64,000 nucleotides of DNA from Convolutriloba macropyga. Taxonomy: Eukaryota. Location of the stretch: assembly GCF_964194025.1 (NCBI RefSeq), contig NC_134479.1, positions 7,440,001 through 7,504,000 of the forward strand, read 5' to 3'. Under the pieces are notes generated by a model, which saw nothing but the letters and a program-made list of their open reading frames with translations, was not told the DNA's origin and did no database searches. Both the position numbers and the translations under genes were made by a program. Below are positions 51,137 through 61,189 of the stretch, one piece after another; within the stretch, counting starts at the first letter, position 1, and each line of letters opens with the position of its first letter.

Positions 51137-51681
51137 AATAGCCGCGAAGCGATAGCGGCTATTATTGGGTTTTATCGTGTTTTTTTTTAATTCGTCGTCT
51201 CCATCGATTATTCTTACGACCTGACTTCTTGGAATTGACTTCTTGGAATTGACTTCAGTGACTTCTATTGCTTTGCAGTTAAAATTTGTGTACGTGACGT
51301 TGTTTCTGCTTTTAGGTCAATTGCGTGACTTACCTCACTCAAAAAATTGACTTCTGAACTCACTTATGGAACTTTAATTTTTTATGATGATTTACTAGTT
51401 AATAGTGCGCATCTAAGTAGTGCCAATCTTATATGCCCTAATTTGTGATTATTAGTCTTGAGTTTTTGATTTCGAATATCAATTTTGAAATAGCTCTTTA
51501 AGGGCGTTTTCCTTATAGAACGCATGTGTCAAAAATTGACAGTCCGAAGCTAACCCGAAAAGTCTAGTGGTCTATTGAAGGACTGGTGGTCGATCTGTCT
51601 ATCTTATTTCTTGAGGTGTTTCAATTCCTGGAAGGCCACGAGCGTCTATCGCGGCTATTTTCCAGCAATCGGCCGGCTATG
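51137..51681 (+). mobile_element. HINE family A, uninterrupted (~545 bp)
   Basis: AATAGCCGC / GCGGCTATT plus degenerate hairpin; 51220-51681 is colinear with 10745-11302 minus the MITE. Confidence 0.85.
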
Positions 51682-52017
51682 TTCTATAAATTCTCTACGA
51701 ATGTAAACCTTCAAATCGTCGGTACATTTTTCATTTTGAACTGAGCATTTTAGAGAGCATAAAACATACAATTGATTATTTGAAGCGCAGAAGACGCCAA
51801 ATACAAGTCAAATAGTCATAATGAGACAACAAAATTTTTCATAGTGCAGGCGCACTAATTCAGTGCTAGCTAGCAACCCCCCCCCCCCGACCAACTTTCT
51901 GCTGAAAACCTATCTTTTGGGACGGATGGAGTGAACCCAGGATTCATTTCTTCTCACATTCTCTTCTCTAACCCCCAAACAATGTTTATTTGGGCAGTGG
52001 CTCTTTTCTTTAATTTT

Positions 52018-53561
52018 CAGACGCAGGTTGGTAAAAACAAAGAATAAAAAGGAATGTATTTTAAATAAGTATCTTCTTTAGATTTAATCTCAACACTTAG
52101 TGCTGACTGTTCTTTATGAAAGCAATGAATGTCTTAAATAGTTGTATGCACACGATATTTACTTTAAACAGGATACAATATAACACAAATTTCTTCACGC
52201 ACGTCAAAGGTGAAAATTTACGCAACAACTAAAGGTCGCAACGTTCCAATTGATATATCAAGGCTAAAAAATTTTCCAATATGAGACGAACTATACCACA
52301 AACAACAGAGAACAGCATCATTAGCATTATGTAACTAATTATGAACAATAAGAAGACTAAATACTGGAAATCTACTCGAATTACTGAATAAACATTGAGT
52401 AAACAAATGTCTTTGACCATAGTTTCATGCTCTGAGGTTCATAGTGTTATTCATCAATAAAAATGCCATTGTACTGCGAAAATGAGGAATTATATAACCT
52501 AATAATCTGGTAAAAAGTATAGGCTAAAACAGAATATGTTACTGTACACAAACAATATGAAAGCACAACGAGATTCATATCTTTATTAAATCGAAATTAT
52601 TCCGTGTTTAAATATTATAATCAGTTATGGATATAAAATAAAGCTTTGGTATAACTAATTGGACTCTTGCCTGCTTTATCAGAGCGAACACATTCAATAC
52701 AAAGCTTGTACATGTGACATAACTCATCAAATTTAGCATTATTTGAAGGAAATTCTAGTATAAATTTGTTTTATCTTAAGATAATAAAACATAAAACTTT
52801 TAACATCGCAATTAAATGATAGCTAATGGGGTTAAATACAATAGGGGCGTAACTGTTAGTTGTAATGTTTACAATGGTTGCGGTTTGAAACGTAGCAGAC
52901 AAAAAATACAAGATAATTTAGCAAAAACAGCTAAAAATCAGGTTTCCGCTGTACGCCAGATCTTCCGATACTTTCAAAGAAACTAGCACTGGTGAGTGGC
53001 ACCATGATGTAAGACTTGCCCCAGGGAGTGGGCCAACCCCCCTTTTAGGGTCCTAACTCTTTGATCTTGAGAGATATTTGGGGTTAAAGTTCGCATTTTC
53101 ACGGGTTTTTTTAGACAAATCTGCTTTTTTAAGGGAATTAAACACCTCATTAGTGCATAGGTTGATTTGGAGTTGCTAGCACAACAGACTAGACTCACTC
53201 TTCTACGAACATAATTTGTCTTGAGAAGGATTAAACCCATTTTTAAACAAACAAAATTGCTAGTTTTCTGAACTAATTTTTGACACTTCATGAATTAAGC
53301 CATTTTGGTTTCACGATTAAAGGTGAAATTAGGCAGTACATATAGCAAAGTTGAAAGGTTCTCTATTGGACAAAATGAGTTTTGGTTTCACAGCTTAAGT
53401 TTCTGATCACAAGAGTTCACTTCATATGTCTGGTCTGCTGAGCACTGACGTTGGATACTTTTACATGCAAAAAGACTAAATAAATCTTTTTAGTGCAAAA
53501 ATCTTATTTTAGCCTGAACATGAGAGTTTTGTTTTAACAGCTTGAATTTCTGATCGCAACA
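52018..53561 (-). repeat. 3' LTR of BEL element
   Basis: Direct repeat of ~59410-60820; begins TGTTGCG on the minus strand after GGGCCGGCTA; distal boundary approximate. Confidence 0.8.
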
Positions 53562-56500
53562 TAGCCGGCCCAGTTTTTGGTTATATTCAAAAGTAATTCA
53601 TTTGTGATCACTATCCACTGGCATGAATTTGGCATTTGCCTTCTTGTTAGCTGTCCATTAGCTGTCCTGACCATTGCAGCTCTAGCTTTGTTGTCATCTG
53701 CAGTGAACAATTCCACACTTTTACTATTTTTATCAATCGAAAGTGATTGTTTGTAGGTCCCCTTCAATTAGCTTGACTAAATCTCCAACATTTGGAATGT
53801 TGTTCTTCTGTTGACCATTTGTTCCTCTGCTGCAGCGATGGTAAGCATTCCGACATCCATCTGTTCCAGATATCAGTCAGCAGCTTCTGCTGTTCTCTGA
53901 ATAGTCTTTTCTAGCTGGCTGGCTTACCAGAGAACAAAAGGTCTGGCCAAGTTACGTTCAGGTGTCCAATGAGGAAAAGCTTCGGTGTTAATGCTTCGAG
54001 GTATTCGACGTCCCCGCTCACTGCTGGTATCGGACGATTGTTCATCACTTGTTCGACAATGCAAAGTGTTGTGCGGAGTGAATCTTCTTGCATTGGCCGT
54101 CATTTGAGCACATTATACATAGCCTTTTTGCATGACCTGACAAATCTTTCCCAAATAAAACCGAAATGGGTGCTGCTGGAGGACTGAAAGACCATTTGAT
54201 ACCTTTCTCGGCCAGCTGTTTAGTGATTGCATCCTCTTTCAGCTCATTGAATGCCGCCTTGAATTCGTTGGCAGGACACACGAAGATAGTACCGTTGTCA
54301 GACAGTATTGTTTCAGGCTGCCCTCTTCTAGCTATGAATCTATGCAGGAAGCTGTGTCTAGGCTATCAACAATTTCCAAGTGGACAGCTCGCACACCAAG
54401 ACAAGTGAATATGCATACCCACATTTTATGGTTCTTCTGAAGAACTCGACTTCTAGAGGTCCATTGTTATCTACTCCGCAGTTTGCGAAGGGTCGCACTC
54501 GAGCCTCAACTCTGCTTTGAGGTAGATCACTCATCTGTGGTAAAATTGCACTGGCATTTCTCCTGCACGTCACGCTATTGTGTGTCACTGATCTGAGAGC
54601 ATTTCGTAGCCCAATAATCCAAAATCGTCTTTGTATCATTCTGCGGAGATATTCAACGCCTTGATGATGGCACAGCTGATGTTCATGATTGAGATAAAGT
54701 TCAACCACCCGATGATGACTAATCAAAACGATATGATGTTTCGACACGAAATCCATCTTAGCTCTCCCTAATCGTCGTTTGGCTCGTAGCACACCTTCAA
54801 AATCAATAAATGGAGCCAACATAGCAAATTTACTGTTAAAAGAGAGTTCTTGTCCTGATAACAGAGCTTTCTTCTTGTTTGGAAATAGTTCAGATTGCAC
54901 TGCTTTCCAAATCGGTCATTCGGCTTTTGACAAAAGTTCATTTGTACCTTTATTCGTTTTCCACTTTAAGATGTAGGCGATTGTTCGTCGTAATTGTCAA
55001 AACTGACTGAAACGTTGCCCCTGAACAACTGTCTCTTTCGGTTTCTCTTTTACAAAACATAAATGTTCTTAATTTCGTTTGTTGTCGGATGAAGATTGTC
55101 TTCGACCAGAACAACCGGTTTTGTTAACCAGTCCAATCTTTCGATGCAGTCACTGTTTTTAGTTCTTCAAAATTCACTCCGCGAGTTCCCGGTTTGCTTG
55201 GATTCTTTGTTCCTTGTATGTGATGCCAGTCATCTACAGTAGAGGTGTCCAAAGTCCCAGCAAGATCCAGTAACGAGAAGCATGTTGGCTGCTTCTCGTT
55301 ACTGGATCTTATCCACTGGATCACGGTAGTTGAGTCCAACCACATGAACACTTCTTGGAAATGTTTTTTTATGTTCTGCGAGAATAGCGTTATTTAAACA
55401 ACTTCCTGTTAGCGCAGCCGTGATTTCTAATTTCGGTATCTTGTGGTGCTTCACGGGCGCGACTCTAGCTTTGCCAATAACAAATGATACATCACGTTCT
55501 TGAGCTTAGTTTTCACTCAATTTATACGCCATCGCGCAAAATGCATCTTCTGAAATATCGACGAACACGTGAAGCTCATTTCTCACTGCTTCATCAGTTG
55601 TTCGATACCATCGTGGAACCTCAAATGGCTCTCCCGCGTTGAGCTCAGATACCCAACTCTGAAAGTCGTCATTTAGATCCTCGCTGATGTTTGAGTCCCA
55701 CTGTTGACCACGCATTTGCCATATACCTTTAAGGATTATCCTACCTCGAATAACGAAGGCACAAAAAATCCCAAATCCCAACGGAACAAATACACTGGAG
55801 ACTATTGATAAGAATTTTCGTTGCGTCCAGTGCGATATTGGCTCAAAAATAAGTTCGCGGCAGACTTTCAATGTGTCAGTCACGTTGTTCTACTCCGACC
55901 CCAAAATCGTTATTGCCTTTTCGCTTTCACTCTCTTCGTCGAAATTCGTGGCTCACTTTGTGAGGTTGAATCCACATCTAGCAAGCATATCAGTGAGATC
56001 CTTTTTGAGAATAATTGCCTCTTCCTTTATTTCAAAAGAAACGAGAAGGTCGTCCTTGTAAGAGTTGTTTTGAGTGACCTGACTTGCCAAAACAAAATAA
56101 TCAGCATTATCTCGCGCATATTTTTGCAACGCGAAATTTGCACACGATGGAGAAGATTTGGCTCGAAATGTGTGACGATTGTAACGGTAAGTCTGAATAT
56201 TCCCGTCTGCAGTTTGCCACAGGAAACGTAAGTAGTCACGATCTTCAGCGCGTACTTCTACTTTTAAGAACATCTCTTCAATGTCTGCTCTTAAAGCAAA
56301 AGGTTCCTGTCGGAATCTAGCAAGAATTCCCATTAAGTTGGCTAATAATTCTGGTCCTCCTTGCAATGTGTCATTCATGAAAAGGCCATGGAAATTGCTA
56401 GCAGCGTTGCAAATTCTTCTCATTTTATCCGGCTTATTAGGGTTAAGCACAGGATGATGAGGCACATACCAGAGGCCTTGATTACTTGATTTAAGCTCCT

Positions 56501-59351
56501 CACTTGTAAGAACAGAAGCAAACCCTTTTGTCAAGTCAGACTGAGTTGTCGCATTGTATTTGTCGAGTAACTGCTCATTCGAATTGAGTCGTCTCTGTAA
56601 TGATTTAAGTTGTCCGAGAGCTGACGAATAGTTGTTGCTCAAGTAATCCGACTTTGTAACGCTCTCCATTGAACGTCGCCGTTGAATTCAAAATCTTATC
56701 CGCTATTTTAATTTCTTTGCTCCGTTGATAAAGAACTATCAAAGTTCCGCAGGATTCCATATCCCACCATTTTCTGACAACCTCAGCCAATTCAAAATCT
56801 TACGGATTTGCTATTTGACAAATAGCATCACACACTTCCAGATCTCTCTCCGGCAAACTGTTCAACCAAGTGGAAGTTTGACTGCCATGGTTTGTTACGT
56901 CCACTATTTTTATATTGTAGCAGTCTAATCAACTCTTATGCGTCCTGACTTAAAATCTCTCTGACTTTTTTCAGTCAATCTCTTTGAACGCCACACAACT
57001 TAAATATGGATAGCTTTTCTTCAATTCGCAAAGACCATACACAATTTTACCAACTTGCATTTACTTTAGACTGTTAACCGCTAGCTGGGGACAGCTCTGT
57101 TCTGTTGAATTAGCGGGCCCAATTTTGCCCTGAGCTCACTTACAGGTCGTCAACTGAGTTCCATGGATTTCGGTCACGTTGAATGAGATTAATTCGCCAA
57201 TTGTTCTCAATTTGTCAAGAATTTTGCCGTGAACCCACGTTTGTGTTGAACCGGTGTAACAAGCTGAAAGTGTATCTTCGAATCTTCCGTTTTCACCGAT
57301 AATTCTTACTCGTACAATTTGCAGGAGACTTTTTTCTGATCCAAAGTTGCTGGTCAAATTTGTACTGTCAGGTTCTTTTGCTGAGTGTTTTTCTACAAGG
57401 CAAAAAACGAATTTTTCTCTTTAACTGTCGCATAACGTTCATCTATCGACATTTTCTTCAACATTTCGCAGTTCTCAATCCGATGGTTATCGTTGTCGAT
57501 TGGACAATTTGAACTCAATGTAGTAGAATCGTTTGATGCATTGAACGAAGAACCTTGATATCATTTGCTCTTCTTGGCATCAACTCTTTTTCAATTTGAC
57601 CCTCGATTAGTAGAGTCACTATCGCTGAAACTACTGTTACCGCTGACTGAGGAACTTTTGACAAGACGCTCATGCACTTGAGCCTCCTCTTGCAACCATA
57701 TCGTTCAATTTCATCAGATTGGGAAGCTTTTGTCTCCTGATGGGGCTTTCCACAAATGAAGACCATCTTCTTTCGATTTCAGTTGGCAATTTGCTAACTG
57801 CAGTATCCAAGTTAATAATTGGGAAAAGGTCATATGAATAACCAAACCGCTGCAAAATTCCAACAAAAGCTGCTATTGAGTCTACTAACGCAATAAATCC
57901 TAGTGAATCGTGATGCTTGATAGCAGGGAAGGTTTGAATTTTTAATAATTGAATCCGAACAATTAAACTTGGTCGTCCAGATTTCACCTGCAGAGTGTTC
58001 CAAGCTTACTGATTCATGGCTTCTGAGTACCCGTGTCCTGCAATGGCTCTTTTTGCTGTGCCGTTGACCAAGCCTTTAAGAAAACCAATCTTCTCGTCGT
58101 TTGTGAGTGGACTGCTATCAGTCATTGAGAGAAACATTCCACTCCTTCCGGCCACTCCAGAGGGTTTCCGTCGATTTCGCGCATATTTAGTTTAGGTAAG
58201 CTACTTTGCAGAAAAGATGAAAAACCATCACCAATAATTCATGATAAAGGGGTGAAATCAGTTGATACTCTTACCGATCTTTCAAGACTTGTGAAGAGCT
58301 GGCCGGAAATCTTTGTCTGCGTTGAAAATGGACTCATCCCTTCTGTGGGTTTGTTGAAGTTGCCATCAGACACAACTCTTCTGTTGATTCTTGAAAGCAG
58401 TGGTGTGCTGTAGGTTGAAGCCTCATTTTGCATAGCTTGTTCTCTTAGCTCAACATTCTCTGGTTAGATATTGTTACAATCGTTTTCCTCAACGTTTAGT
58501 TCGAAATCTGATACCTTCTGACCTGTTGAATTTATATCAACATCGCCTATTTCTGCTTCCAAAAGGAAATTTCTGCTTCCAACATGAACAGAGATTAAAG
58601 ACACAACAGATTCATTTCCAAATCGAATTGTTTTGCTCGACTCTGTTTCCGTGGCCGTTCAATGTTGCATAAGCTTCAAAATTTTTTCTTTTTTCTGCTC
58701 TAACTGATAAAGATTTTCATCCGTTCGTCTTTTTACGTCTTTGAGGAACTCCATTTCTTTGAATCCTTCGTCCACGTTGTTTAGTAGCTTCTGTAACTCT
58801 CCCTCTTCAGTGAAGTAGTTGTTCAATTTTTGACGAATGGGTGTGAGATGCCCTTAAGTTGGCAGAAAACGCCTTCACGCCTATTTCTCAATTTTGAGTA
58901 CTCCTGGTTGACTTTCACAAAAATTTTTACTGCTGCTTCACCGTCTTTCCTCTTTTGTCATATGTTGTTTTGCTAACTCATCGGTTTCTCATGGATCCCA
59001 TGGGAAACTGCCATCAATTTTCCGGGGAATAGGAATTGCAATCATTTCAGGCCTCGACTTGTTTCTCTTGAAGTGGTTTTGATATGGTGAAGCAGTCACC
59101 TCACTGCGCGGCCCTGTCGTCAGTGAAGTTGACGAACCCGGAGCTGCAGAAGTGGATTGAGTTGACATAGCGCTCACACTCGGCTTCGTATTGATAAACC
59201 TCTTGAACATTTTGAAAGAAAAGTAATGATTTTCGAAGATAAATGTCTGATTTTTGAGTAATTCTGCCAACGAAATAGTCTTCTCAGAAAAATAAATCGG
59301 TTAATGCAAAAGTTTTTAATCTCAATTGTTCGAAATTTTTCGATTTGAAGG

Positions 59352-59368
59352 TCCGGGCCGGTGGACCA
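59352..59368 (-). promoter_or_regulatory. Primer-binding site of BEL element
   Basis: Minus strand TGGTCCACCGGCCCGGA just inside the 5' LTR (…CA); resembles the tRNA-Tyr-type PBS TGGTCCTTCGAGCCGGA. Confidence 0.7.
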
Positions 59369-59373
59369 GAAAC

Positions 59374-60820
59374 TGCTGATGTAAAAAACTACTAAAGTGA
59401 ATTACATCGTTACTCAGCCTGGTTTGTTAAAACAAAGAAATAAAAGGACTGTTTTTTAAATTAGCATCTTCTATCCATTTAATATCACCAGTTCTTAGTG
59501 CTGACTGTTCTTTATGAGAGCAGTGAATCTTCTAAATAGTTGTATACACACGATATTTACTTTGAACAGGGTACAATATAACAAAAATTCCTTCACGCAA
59601 GTCGAAGGTCAAATTTACGCAACAACTAAAGGTCGCAACGTTCCATTTTATATATAAAGGCTGAAAAATTCCAAAATGACACGAACTATACCACAAGCAA
59701 CAGAGAACAGCATCATTAGAGTTATGTAACTAATTATGAACATTAAGAAGACTAAATAATGGAAATCTATTCGAATTACTGAATAAACATTGAGTAAACA
59801 AATGTATTTGACCATCGTTCCTTGCTCTGAGGTTCATAGTGTTAATCATCAATAAAAATGCCATTGTACTGCGAAAATGAGGAACTATATAACCTAATAA
59901 TCTGGTAAAAAGTATAGGCTAAAACAGAATATGTTACTGTACACAAACAATATGAAAGCACAACGAGATTCATATCTTTATTAAATCGAAATTATTCCGT
60001 GTTTAAATAATATAACCACTTACGGATATGAAAAAAGAACTTTATTAAAACTTATTGGACTCTTGCCTGCTTTTTGAGAGGGAACACATTCAACACAAAG
60101 CATATACATGTGACATAACTCATCAAGTTTAGCACTATTTGAAGGAAATTCTGGTTTAAATTGGTTTCGGCGTAAAATATTCCAACATAAAACTTTTACA
60201 TCGCAACTAAAAGATGGCTAATGGTTTTAAATACACTAGGGGGAATCACTGTTAGCTGAAATGCTTACAATGGTTAGGGTATGAAACGTAGCAGACAAAA
60301 AACACAAGATTCTTTGGTGATAACAGCTAAAAATCAGGTTTCCGCATTACGCCATCAGCACCTCCAAAGCTTTCAAAAAAACAGGCAATGGTAAGTGGCA
60401 CCATGATGTAAGACTTGCCCCAGGCAGTGCGCCAACACCCCCCCCCCCCCCTTTTAAGGTCCTAACTCTTTGACCTTGAGGGATATTTGGAGTCAAAGTT
60501 TGCATTTTCACGGTTTTTTTAGACAAGTCTGCACTTTTTAAGAGATTTAAACACCGCATTATGGCATAGTTTGACTTAACATTGTTAGCACGATAGACTA
60601 GACTTCTAATCACGTTATTTTTCATGAGAAGCATTAAAATCATTTTCAAAGAAACAATATTGCCGGTTTTCTGAACTAATTTTCGACATTTCTTTAAATA
60701 AGCCATTTTGGTTTCAGGATTAAAGGCAAAATTAAGCAGTTCATTTAACGCAAAATACATTTCGGTTTCACAGCTTAATATGTGTGTGCAAAAATCTTAC
60801 TTTAGGCCTTAACAGGAGTG
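59374..60820 (-). repeat. 5' LTR of BEL element
   Basis: Direct repeat of 52018-53525, with a ~90-bp deletion and a lost outer end. Confidence 0.8.
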
Positions 60821-61189
60821 AAAGCGTTGCCTGAAAAAATTTAGTTTTAGCAAAACGTTTACCGATGTTGAAATATCTAATGAGACCAGCATTTTTGTGT
60901 TCTTCGGAAGAGTTGGTCACTTTGGTTAAAAGTTTCCAAAGCAAACTGAAAAATTTGCACAATTTTTTTAAAAATTGAATGAGGTACCCTGTTAATGAAA
61001 ACAATTACGCTAACTAATTATGTTGGATGACATTGCTTAAGAAAAGACTCATTCTCTCTTTGGGTGAGTTTAATTATGATTCTGGGCGTGTTTCTAACTC
61101 TTCAATGGATTGATTCAGCTCAACACAAGCGTCTAGGAATAGTTATCTTCACATTTGGTCCCACGTTTTCGAGTCGCTATTTATCAGAC

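Larger units (their letters stand above)
52018..60820 (-). mobile_element. Decayed BEL/Pao LTR retrotransposon
   Basis: Order Gag (LPKLN...PLEWPE, zinc knuckle), protease (TGSTQTWV), RT (YVPHHPVLNPNKPDK, DIEEMF, YKDD), RNase H (ELHVFVD.SE), integrase (H-H..C, GVD..GP, SDNGT); flanked by long direct repeats. Confidence 0.95.

Noticed and set aside
53556-53575. Reverse-oriented HINE 3' end (GCCGGCTATGTT)
   Set aside because: No hairpin or subTIR; it is the BEL PPT/LTR junction.
52983-60760. ORFs 52983-53291 and 60347-60760 as an env or accessory gene
   Set aside because: Both lie in the LTRs, with different starts and stops and no recognisable domain.
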